Source: an uncultured Acidimicrobiaceae bacterium (lineage in GTDB: Bacteria; Actinomycetota; Acidimicrobiia; Acidimicrobiales; Bog-793). Taken from it: DNA of 64,000 bases. The DNA lies in NCBI GenBank assembly GCA_963807575.1, contig CAWECD010000017.1, positions 125,176 to 189,175 on the forward strand, in the 5' to 3' direction. Of this stretch, positions 27,811 to 36,074 are shown piece after piece (the stretch's first letter is position 1; each line of letters opens with the position of its first letter). Under the pieces are notes generated by a model, which worked only from the letters and a program-made list of their open reading frames with translations, did no database searches and was not told the DNA's origin. The position numbers were made by a program, and so were the translations under genes.

Positions 27811-28908
27811 ATGCTGAGAACCCGCCTCCAGCCGCTGCACCCGATCGCCTGGTGGTGCTGGGCCGGGGCCCTGGCCGTCGCCGCCAGCCGCACGACAGAC
27901 CCGCTCCTGCTCGGTCTCATCCTCGCAGTGGTGGCCTGGGTCGCGACCACACGGCGCGGCAACAGTCCCTGGGCACGCTCGTTCGGCACGCTCATGCGAC
28001 TTGGGCTAGTTGTCATCGTCATCCGAGTCGTCGTCCAAGTCCTGTTCGGTGACCGGGTGCCGGGCGCCACGTGGTTCAGCCTTCCCGAAATCCCACTGCC
28101 CTCATGGACCGCCGGTGTGACAATCGGAGGGCCCGTGACGGCTCAAGCAGTTATCGGGGCGTTCTGCCAGGGCCTGCAAATCGCAGTGATCCTGGCTTGT
28201 TTCGGCGCTGCCAACTCCCTGGCGAGCTCGTTCCGGCTCTTGCGTTGCGTGCCGGCGGGCCTGTACGAGGTGGCCGTGGCGGTGACCGTGGCGATCTCGT
28301 TCACGCCACAGGTCGTGGTATCAATTGCCCGAGTCCGAGACGCCCGGCGCTTGAGGGGCCGGGGCACGACCGGCCTGAAGGGTTGGCGTGGCCTGGCGGT
28401 GCCGGTTCTCGACGGCGCACTCGAGCGCTCGGTCGCATTGGCGGCTTCAATGGACGCCCGTGGGTTCGGGCGACGCTCCACTTCGCCAAGGCGCCGGCGG
28501 GCCACCGCGGCGGCGACACTCGGGGGTCTCGTCGGGCTTGGCATAGGACTGTTCGAGGTGCTCGACTCCGGCTCGGCTTCGGGAATCGGGCTTGCCGTCG
28601 TCCTGGTCGGAGGCGCCCTCGTCTTGGGGGGCCTCGTCGCCTCATCGCACGGCTCGAGGAGTCGTTACCGGCCCGATCGCTGGCATGTCGCCGAATGGCT
28701 CGTCGTGGCGGCGGGGCTCGCGGCCGTTGCCGGGATCGTGGCAGCAGGCAGCAACGACCCGAGCGCGCTCGTGCAGCCTCTTTATCCCCTCGCGCTGCCG
28801 CAGGGCCCGGCCGTTGCGCTGGCCGGCATCCTCGTCGCCACCGCGCCATCTGCCGTCGCACCGGTGCCGGCGACGGGGCACACCGAGCTCAAAGAGGCCT
28901 GGGCGTGA
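27811..28908 (+). CDS. energy-coupling factor transporter transmembrane protein EcfT (CbiQ family)
   Basis: Multi-TM protein with CbiQ-like layout and the Arg-rich coupling helices (VRDARRLRGRG). Confidence 0.8.
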   Translation: MLRTRLQPLHPIAWWCWAGALAVAASRTTDPLLLGLILAVVAWVATTRRGNSPWARSFGTLMRLGLVVIVIRVVVQVLFGDRVPGATWFSLPEIPLPSWTAGVTIGGPVTAQAVIGAFCQGLQIAVILACFGAANSLASSFRLLRCVPAGLYEVAVAVTVAISFTPQVVVSIARVRDARRLRGRGTTGLKGWRGLAVPVLDGALERSVALAASMDARGFGRRSTSPRRRRATAAATLGGLVGLGIGLFEVLDSGSASGIGLAVVLVGGALVLGGLVASSHGSRSRYRPDRWHVAEWLVVAAGLAAVAGIVAAGSNDPSALVQPLYPLALPQGPAVALAGILVATAPSAVAPVPATGHTELKEAWA

Positions 28909-30536
28909 TCGCCTTCGACCGCGTCACGGTCACCTACCCCGGTGCCGGCGCACCCGTCCTCGCGAACGTGAGCTTGGAGATCGAAGAAGGTCATCTTGCC
29001 CTCGTCATAGGCGCGACGGGTTCGGGGAAGTCGACGGTGCTGCGCTGCGTCAACGGCCTCGTCCCTCATTTCTCCGGCGGCCGGCTCAACGGGACCGTGA
29101 CCGTCGACGGGCGCAGCACCGAGCAGTACCGTCCCCGCGACCTGGCCGATGCCGTCGGTTACGTCGGCCAGGACCCTGATGCGACCTTCGTCGCCGACAC
29201 GGTCGAAGACGAGCTCGCATATGCCATGGAGAACCTCGGCGTGGACCCGGCGACGATGCGACGGCGGGTCGAAGACGTGCTGGACACCTTGAACCTGCAC
29301 GCACTGCGCCACCGGGCCATCACGACGCTATCGGGCGGTCAGCGCCAGCGCGTCGCCATCGGCGCCGCGTTCACCGCCGCGCCTCGCACCCTCGTGCTCG
29401 ACGAGCCGACGTCATCGCTCGACCCCGTCTCGGCCGAGGAAGTGCTGGCGTCACTCGCACGCCTCGTCCACGACCAGGGCACGACCATCCTCGTCGCCGA
29501 GCACCGTCTCGAGCGCATCGTGCAGTTCGCGGACATCGTCGTCGAGCTCGGTACCGCTCCTGGTGGGGTCCGTAGCGGCACGCCGGGCGCCGTCTTCGCC
29601 ACGGCGGAGCTGGCGCCGCCGGTCGTCCGTCTTGCCCGTGTCGCCGGATGGTCGCCCGTCCCGCTCTCGGTGCGAGACGCGCGCCGCCATGCCCCCGAGC
29701 TCCGGCACCGCCTCGAGCCAAGGACGCGCCCGCCGGCTCCCGCGTCCCGAGGTGACCGCGTCGCCAGGGTGAAGGGCCTCACCGCCTCCTACGGGCCAAT
29801 CCCGGCACTGGCGGAGGTGACCGTCGATCTCCACCAGGGTGAAGTGGTCGCAGTCATGGGAAGAAACGGAGCCGGGAAGTCCACCCTCCTCCACCATCTC
29901 GTCGGGCTTCGCCGCCCCCAGCGAGGCTCGGTGGAAGTCCTTGGCCGCGCGCCGGGTGAGCTCGCCGCGTCCGAGGCCATCCGGCTCGTCGGTCTCGTGC
30001 CCCAGGACCCCGGGGCGCTGCTGTGTGCCGAGACCGTGGCAGCCGAATGCCGAGACGGCGACCACGACGCCAGGCTTGCAGAGGGGACGACGCGAACGAT
30101 GCTCGAGTCCATCGTCGCCGGCATCTCCGACAAGACGCACCCCAAGGACCTCTCCGAAGGTCAGCGCCTCGCACTGGCGCTGGCGATAGTGCTGGCGCCC
30201 GAGCCACCGCTGCTGCTGCTCGACGAGCCCACGCGCGGGCTCGACTACGGGGCCAAGGAGCGCCTGTCCCAGCAGCTCCGCCAGCTCGCGGCCCGGGGTC
30301 ACTGCGTCGTCGTGGCGACCCATGACGTCGAGCTGGTGGCCGAAGTTGCCGACAGAGTGGTCGTGCTTGCCGACGGCGAGGTGATCACCGACGGCCCCGC
30401 CCGCTCGGTCGTCTGCCATTCGGCCGGTCTTGCCTCCCAGGTGGCCCGGGTCCTCGCCCCGGCGGAGTGGCTGACGGTCGAGGAGGTCGCCACGGCCCTT
30501 GGAGGGCGGCCGAACGGAGACGGGGCGTCCTCGTGA
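28905..30536 (+). CDS. fused tandem ECF ATPase (EcfA-EcfA')
   Basis: GTG start overlapping ecfT stop (GTGA); two complete ABC cassettes: Walker A GATGSGKST and GRNGAGKST, two LSGGQ/LSEGQ signatures, two Walker B (LVLDEPTS, LLLDEPTR). Confidence 0.85.
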   Translation: MIAFDRVTVTYPGAGAPVLANVSLEIEEGHLALVIGATGSGKSTVLRCVNGLVPHFSGGRLNGTVTVDGRSTEQYRPRDLADAVGYVGQDPDATFVADTVEDELAYAMENLGVDPATMRRRVEDVLDTLNLHALRHRAITTLSGGQRQRVAIGAAFTAAPRTLVLDEPTSSLDPVSAEEVLASLARLVHDQGTTILVAEHRLERIVQFADIVVELGTAPGGVRSGTPGAVFATAELAPPVVRLARVAGWSPVPLSVRDARRHAPELRHRLEPRTRPPAPASRGDRVARVKGLTASYGPIPALAEVTVDLHQGEVVAVMGRNGAGKSTLLHHLVGLRRPQRGSVEVLGRAPGELAASEAIRLVGLVPQDPGALLCAETVAAECRDGDHDARLAEGTTRTMLESIVAGISDKTHPKDLSEGQRLALALAIVLAPEPPLLLLDEPTRGLDYGAKERLSQQLRQLAARGHCVVVATHDVELVAEVADRVVVLADGEVITDGPARSVVCHSAGLASQVARVLAPAEWLTVEEVATALGGRPNGDGASS

Positions 30537-31369
30537 CTGCCACGCACGGCCGGCGGCCCGTCGGTCTCGACCGGTTCGGCTCTTTGGCCATCGCGATCGC
30601 GTCGATGATGGGAGCGGTCGCGTTCGCGTGGCCGCTCTTCATCCCGGCGCGCGCGTCACTGAACCAGGCGCACGCCGGCGATGCGCCCTGGATCGTCGCC
30701 GCGCTCCTGCCCCTGTTGCTCGTGGCCGTGCTCGGCGAGTTCAACTCTGGCGGCATGGACGCGAAGGGCGTCGCCATGCTCGGAATGCTCGGCGCCTGCG
30801 GCGCTGCGCTGCGGCTTCCCTCAGGTGGTGCCGCCGGATTCGAGCCCGTCTTCTTCCTGCTCTTCCCTGCCGGTTATGTGTTCGGGCGCCACTTCGGCTT
30901 CCTACTCGGTGCCCTTACCCTCTTCGCCTCGGCCCTCGTCACCGGTGGCGTCGGTCCCTGGTTGCCCTTCCAGATGATGGCGGCAGCGTGGATGGGTTAT
31001 GGCGCCGGCTGTCTTCCCCACTTACCGGGCCGCCGCGAGCTTGTCGTGCTGGCGGCGTATGCAGCCCTTGCGTGCCTTGCCTACGGGCTGCTGCTCAACT
31101 TGTGGTTCTGGCCCTTCGGCGCTGGGACCTCATCGACCCTCTCGTTCGAGCCCGGGGCGGCGCTGGCACACAACCTGGTCCGTTTCCTGCTGTTCGATGC
31201 CTCGACGTCGCTCGGGTTCGACCTGCCTCGGGCCGCGCTGAACGCCGGACTGCTCCTGGTCGCGGGGCGCCCTGTGCTGGCCGCTCTGCGCCGGGCCAGT
31301 CACCGTGCAGCCTTCGGTGCCCCAGTCGAAGTTGCGCCCCACGCACTGGATGCACCGACGAGCTCCTGA
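30533..31369 (+). CDS. putative ECF substrate-specific (S) component / integral membrane protein
   Basis: GTG start overlapping ATPase stop; ~6 hydrophobic helices, no soluble domain; position and size fit an S component but no family-level match I can state. Confidence 0.55.
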   Translation: MTATHGRRPVGLDRFGSLAIAIASMMGAVAFAWPLFIPARASLNQAHAGDAPWIVAALLPLLLVAVLGEFNSGGMDAKGVAMLGMLGACGAALRLPSGGAAGFEPVFFLLFPAGYVFGRHFGFLLGALTLFASALVTGGVGPWLPFQMMAAAWMGYGAGCLPHLPGRRELVVLAAYAALACLAYGLLLNLWFWPFGAGTSSTLSFEPGAALAHNLVRFLLFDASTSLGFDLPRAALNAGLLLVAGRPVLAALRRASHRAAFGAPVEVAPHALDAPTSS

Positions 31370-31409
31370 TCAGTCGGGAGGCAGCGCCTCCCCTACCTCG
31401 ATCAGGGAG

Positions 31410-32591
31410 CTACGCCCCTGTGACCGGCGCCGGGCTCCCGGCGGTACCCGGATCCGCGATCGCCACCGCCTTCGGACTGTCGCCGGACGGTGCCTCCAGC
31501 CGCGTTGCCAAGACCTGGGGGACGCCCGCCTTTATCGCCTCGTAGATCGAGTAGCCCTGGGTCACAAGGTTCGTCAGCAGATCGGTCATGCCCGCGGTGC
31601 CGTTGACAAGGACGATGTTCGCCCCGCTGAGCCCCTTTGCCGCGGCCTCGACCAGTGCCGGCAGCTGCTCGACGATCCTGTTGGCAGCAATGAGGCTCTG
31701 GTTGCCGCCCGCGAGCGCCTCGGCCCTCGCCTTGATGGCATCCCTGTCGGCCTCCGCGAGACGGATCGTGCGGTAGGCGTCTGCGTCAGCAGGCTTCTCG
31801 ACCTCTGCGATTAGGTCCTTCTCACGCTTTTGGGCCTGTAAGGCCGCCAGCCGGGTCTGCTCTTCGGTCACCTGCTGGGCCGCCTTGGCCTGCGCCAGGG
31901 GGCCGGCCTGACTCGCGGCAGCCTGGGCCTGCTCGATCTCGGCCCGGTAGCCCGCCTGCTTGATCTCGGCTTCGCGCACGAAGCCGGCCTTGAGCGCGTT
32001 CGCCTCCTGCTCCTTCTCGGTGGCAGCCTGGTCGGCTTGTGCGGCGGCGATGCGAGCGTCACGCGCGACGGCGGCCGCGTGCGGAGCGGCGAGATTGTCG
32101 ATGTAGCCGGTCGCGTCCTTGATCTCCTGGATCTGGAAGGCGTCGATCACGAGCCCGAGCTTCTCCATCTCGTCGGTCGACGCTGCCTTGACCTCCTGAG
32201 CCACCCGGTTGCGATCGCCGATGATCTCCTCCACCGTGAGGCCGCCGACAATCGAGCGGAGGTGGCCGGCAAGCACCTGTGCGGTGAGCCGTTCCATGCC
32301 CTGCTGCTGGTCAAGGAAACGACGCGCTGCATTGGCTATCGAGGAGTTGTCGTCGCCGACCTTGAAGACTGCCACGGCCTCGACGGTGAGCGGAATGCGC
32401 AGCTTGGTCACACAGCTCTCGGAGATGAGGGCTTCTCTGAGGTCGAGCGAGAGCCAACGAGCCCTGTTCTTCCAAGGAAGGACGAACGACCCCCTGCCCG
32501 TCACGATACGGAACTGTCCCCCATCGGTGCCGCGCTTGGATCCCGACACCACCATCGCCTCGTTCGGCGCTGGGATTCTGTAGAAGAACAT
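31410..32591 (-). CDS. flotillin-like SPFH/band-7 protein
   Basis: N-terminal SPFH core followed by long Ala/Glu/Gln-rich coiled coil typical of bacterial flotillins (YqiK/FloT-like). Confidence 0.8.
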   Translation of the reverse strand: MFFYRIPAPNEAMVVSGSKRGTDGGQFRIVTGRGSFVLPWKNRARWLSLDLREALISESCVTKLRIPLTVEAVAVFKVGDDNSSIANAARRFLDQQQGMERLTAQVLAGHLRSIVGGLTVEEIIGDRNRVAQEVKAASTDEMEKLGLVIDAFQIQEIKDATGYIDNLAAPHAAAVARDARIAAAQADQAATEKEQEANALKAGFVREAEIKQAGYRAEIEQAQAAASQAGPLAQAKAAQQVTEEQTRLAALQAQKREKDLIAEVEKPADADAYRTIRLAEADRDAIKARAEALAGGNQSLIAANRIVEQLPALVEAAAKGLSGANIVLVNGTAGMTDLLTNLVTQGYSIYEAIKAGVPQVLATRLEAPSGDSPKAVAIADPGTAGSPAPVTGA

Positions 32592-32613
32592 CCGCCCTCT
32601 TTCTCTCGGGGGA

Positions 32614-32838
32614 TCAGCAGGTCGTCACAAGCAGTGTCCGCGACGACAGCTGCTCGACGACGACAATACGTGTGTTCACCGCGAGAGGCTCTTCACTTTC
32701 AGTGTAGGCCGTGTAGGCCTCCGAGCCCCCGCGGATCTGGATGATCACCTCACCGGGGACGCCTTGGGAGATAGGCACGGAGACCCGACCCACCTTGCCT
32801 ACGGCTTCCTCGGCCGGCCCACCGGAGTCCAAGTCCAT
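32614..32838 (-). CDS. NfeD-like OB-fold protein (no membrane segment)
   Basis: GKVGRVSVPISQGVPGEVIIQIRGGSEAYTAYTESEEPLAVNTRIVVVEQ resembles NfeD/YuaF C-terminal beta-barrel; start placed at internal ATG; upstream part of ORF non-hydrophobic. Confidence 0.45.
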   Translation of the reverse strand: MDLDSGGPAEEAVGKVGRVSVPISQGVPGEVIIQIRGGSEAYTAYTESEEPLAVNTRIVVVEQLSSRTLLVTTC

Positions 32839-33005
32839 CTGCTCGCGCGCTCCTCCTGGTACAACGGGGCTCTGCCGATCATGTCCCTGCCGACCGGCAG
32901 GAGGTGACCACTCTGATCGGTCAACTGTCAAGCGTACTTGTCGGCTGGTACCGCACCTCAAGGACAGCTGGAACCGCACCTGGTGACCAAGAGGGCCCCG
33001 GAGAC

Positions 33006-33377
33006 TCAACCCTGCAGGGCGCGAATGGCCTTGATGTCCTTCGCTATCTGCTCGACCAGTTCATCCTCGGTCGCGTAGCTGCGCTGCTCTCGTACCGCGG
33101 TTCCGACTTCCACCCGGATCTTCTCGCCATAAAGGTCCCGGTCAAAGTCAAGCAGGCACGCCTCGACGAGCCGCTCTCCGGCCTCGTAATAATGCGGTCG
33201 ACGACCCACAGATACGGCCGCCAGGTGTCTGGTCCCGTCGCCGAGCTCGACGAAGCCCGCATAGACACCGTCGGCGAGCTCCACCTCCGGACCGATCCTC
33301 ACGTTGGCTGTCGGGAACCCGAGCTTGCGGCCCCGACCGTCGCCCATCACCACGGTCCCCTCGACGAAGGTATCCAC
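33006..33377 (-). CDS. monofunctional riboflavin kinase (RibF C-terminal-domain homolog)
   Basis: GRGRKLGFPTANV flavokinase motif and following E...LLDFD...YG region; GTG start at 33377; no FAD-synthetase domain upstream (upstream ORF part is Arg-rich low complexity). Confidence 0.65.
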   Translation of the reverse strand: MDTFVEGTVVMGDGRGRKLGFPTANVRIGPEVELADGVYAGFVELGDGTRHLAAVSVGRRPHYYEAGERLVEACLLDFDRDLYGEKIRVEVGTAVREQRSYATEDELVEQIAKDIKAIRALQG

Positions 33378-33460
33378 CTCCCGAAAACTAACCTGCCCCG
33401 GCGAGGTGCGACGTTGGAATAGGCGAGCGCGAGCAGCCTCATCGGGTACATACTCTCCCC

Positions 33461-34573
33461 GTGACCTATGTGACTGCTTCCAGGTTCCGCGCCAGAGCCG
33501 TCGACCATCTTGCCGTGGCGATCGGCACCTCCCAGGGCCTCTTCTTCGTAAGCGACGGCGTGGTCGACGGGCCCTTCTTGGCCGGTGAAGCAGTACGTGC
33601 TCTTGCGCAGCTCCCTGGTCGTCTTCTCGCAGCATCCACCGACCCCCTTTGTGGCCCGAACATCCGCGTGAGCGAAGATGGCGGCCTCAGCTGGGGCGAG
33701 CCAGGAGCGCGACCGGTCACGTTCCCCGCCGATGCCCGAGCCGTACTCGACTCGGTGTGGCAACTGCACCTCGATCGGAGACCGACTGCCAGCAAGACGC
33801 TCTGGGCGGGCGTGAAGCCGGCAGCGCTGTTGCGCTCCAACGACCGTGGTGACACTTTCGAGCTCGTCCGCGGTCTTTGGGAACACCCCGACCGACCGAG
33901 CTGGGAAGCTGGCCCCTGTGGGCTCACGCTGAACACCGTGGTGACCCACCCGGCGCGGCCGGACCGGATCGTTGTCGCGATCTCCTCAGTCGGCGTGTAC
34001 CGCTCCGATGACGGCGGAGATACCTGGGTGGCGCGCAATCAGGGCATCGAAGCCCGGTCCGTGACCGGAGCGTTGCCTGCATCAGGTCGCTGCGTTCACA
34101 AGCTCGCCGTCGACGCGGTGAACCCCGACGTCCTCTGGGCCCAGAGCCATTGGGGGATCTACAGGACCGACGACGCCGGTGACCAATGGGAGTCCGTGGG
34201 CCGCGCCGGTGAGCCCGGCGGCGTACCCTCGGACTTCGGCTTCCCGATCGTCTCCCACCCTGAGGAGCACGAGACCGCGTACGTGCTGCCACTGGAGTCC
34301 GACCTCTACCGCTGCACACCCGAAGGTCGGTGCCGCGTCTACCGGACCACAAACGGGGGGCTCAGCTGGGAGGCGATGTCCGATGGCCTTCCGGGCAGCA
34401 ACGCCCATCTGACCGTACTGGGCGATGCATTCACCGCCGCAGCCAACCCACCGTACGCACTCGTGTTCGGCTCCAAGTCAGGGCAGCTCTTCGCCTCGGT
34501 GGACAGTGGTGAGTCGTGGCGTGTCGTCACCTCTTACCTGCCGCCCATCTTGTGCGTGCGCGTCCTGGACTGA
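33461..34573 (+). CDS. BNR/Asp-box repeat protein (sialidase/sortilin-like beta-propeller)
   Basis: Multiple S-x-D-x-G-x-T-W Asp-box repeats (SDDGGDTW, TDDAGDQW, TNGGLSW, SVDSGESW). Confidence 0.6.
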   Translation: MTYVTASRFRARAVDHLAVAIGTSQGLFFVSDGVVDGPFLAGEAVRALAQLPGRLLAASTDPLCGPNIRVSEDGGLSWGEPGARPVTFPADARAVLDSVWQLHLDRRPTASKTLWAGVKPAALLRSNDRGDTFELVRGLWEHPDRPSWEAGPCGLTLNTVVTHPARPDRIVVAISSVGVYRSDDGGDTWVARNQGIEARSVTGALPASGRCVHKLAVDAVNPDVLWAQSHWGIYRTDDAGDQWESVGRAGEPGGVPSDFGFPIVSHPEEHETAYVLPLESDLYRCTPEGRCRVYRTTNGGLSWEAMSDGLPGSNAHLTVLGDAFTAAANPPYALVFGSKSGQLFASVDSGESWRVVTSYLPPILCVRVLD

Positions 34574-34674
34574 CGCAAGCTGCCCGTCCCGGCTCATATG
34601 CCTCCCTTCAGATCCCGTTCAGACCCGTTGGAGCCGTCCCTGGCTCCGGTCCGCCGTGTGCCAGGAGGTAATGG

Positions 34675-35628
34675 ATGAAACTACGGATCTTCACTGAACC
34701 TCAACAGGGCGCGAGCTACGAACAGCTCCTCGCCGTCGCACGTTGCGCCGAGGAGTGTGGTTTCGACGCGTTCTTCCGCTCGGACCACTACCTGCGTATG
34801 GGTGAAGGCGATGGGCGACCCGGTCCGACCGACGCGTGGATCACGCTCGCGGGCCTGTCCCGTGACACGAGCAAGATTCGCCTGGGCACTCTGTTGAGCG
34901 CGGCAACCTTCAGGCTCCCTGCCCAGCTCGCCGTGATCGTCGCCCAGGTGGACGCCATGAGTGGCGGCCGGGTCGAGCTCGGGCTCGGCGCGGGCTGGTT
35001 CGAGGACGAACACCGGGCCTTCGCCATCCCCTTCCCTCCCTCGGTCGGCGAGCGGTTCGATCGGCTCGAGGAACAGCTCGAGATCGTGTCGGGGATGTGG
35101 GCTACAGCCGAGGGGGGCCGCTACTGCTTCGACGGCAAGCACTATCAGATCGTGGACAACGCCGGCCTGCCCAAGCCGGTGCAGATACCGCGACCGCCGA
35201 TCATCGTCGGAGGAAAGGGGCTGAGACGTACACCAGCGATCGCCGCCCGCTTCGCCGACGAGTGCAATGTCTCCTTCGCGCCTGCCGAGCACTGTGCCGA
35301 GCTCTTTTCTGCACTCGACACCGCTTGCATCCGGATCGGCCGAGACCCTTCGACGATCCGGAGATCGGCCGCGCTCGCGGTGTGCGCCGGTCGCAACGAC
35401 GATGAGATCAGCGCTCGGGCGGCTGCGATGGGGCGCGAGGTTGGCGAGCTCCGTCGCAACGGCGCCACCGGCACCGCCGTGGAGGTCGCCCGTCGGCTGA
35501 GGCTCTACGGCACGACCGGGGCGACGACGGTCTATCTTCAGATCCTCGATCTCGGCGACCTTGATCATCTTCGTTTCATCGCCGAGGAAGTCGCACCGCT
35601 CCTCGAGGAGTCGGCCGAGACGGCGTAG
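34675..35628 (+). CDS. LLM-class F420-dependent oxidoreductase (luciferase-like monooxygenase family)
   Basis: TIM-barrel LLM signatures; typical actinobacterial F420-dependent family N-terminus MKLRIFTEPQQGASYEQL. Confidence 0.8.
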   Translation: MKLRIFTEPQQGASYEQLLAVARCAEECGFDAFFRSDHYLRMGEGDGRPGPTDAWITLAGLSRDTSKIRLGTLLSAATFRLPAQLAVIVAQVDAMSGGRVELGLGAGWFEDEHRAFAIPFPPSVGERFDRLEEQLEIVSGMWATAEGGRYCFDGKHYQIVDNAGLPKPVQIPRPPIIVGGKGLRRTPAIAARFADECNVSFAPAEHCAELFSALDTACIRIGRDPSTIRRSAALAVCAGRNDDEISARAAAMGREVGELRRNGATGTAVEVARRLRLYGTTGATTVYLQILDLGDLDHLRFIAEEVAPLLEESAETA

Positions 35629-35691
35629 GCGGACAAGGCCACCGGTCGCAGGTTCGACGTCGTTACGAGCAACTGACAAGGGAGACACTCG

Positions 35692-35934
35692 ATGGAAGAC
35701 CGAGAGCTGCACAAGCGCATCGCGAAGCTCGTCGCCGAAGAACGCGACCTCGAGGAGGGCCACATTGGCGCGCGAGTCACCGCCGAACAGGAACAGCGTC
35801 TGCGGGAAGTCCGGGCCGCCCTCGACCAGTCTTGGGACCTCTTGCGACAAAGGCGGGCACGCCGGGAGTACAACCAGGACATCGCCACCACGAGCGCCCG
35901 ACCACCAGAGGTCGTAGAGGGCTACCAACAATAG
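35692..35934 (+). CDS. DUF2630-family small protein
   Basis: 80 aa; LDQSWDLLRQRRARRE core typical of DUF2630. Confidence 0.6.
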   Translation: MEDRELHKRIAKLVAEERDLEEGHIGARVTAEQEQRLREVRAALDQSWDLLRQRRARREYNQDIATTSARPPEVVEGYQQ

Positions 35935-36074
35935 GCCAGGTGCCACGTCCGTCTGAGACTGCGACCGACTGACGGCGGCCTGCTTGACCGTCGCGCATAG
36001 TCTCGCCAGAGTGGTCACATGAGCCCGTCGCGTCCCACCGTGAGCTTCACCAGCTCGGGGCCGAGGGGCTGACC

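Noticed and set aside
28071-28904. 278-codon N-terminal extension of the ECF ATPase ORF
   Set aside because: Arg-rich, overlaps ecfT in another frame; ABC domain begins right at the GTG overlapping the ecfT stop.
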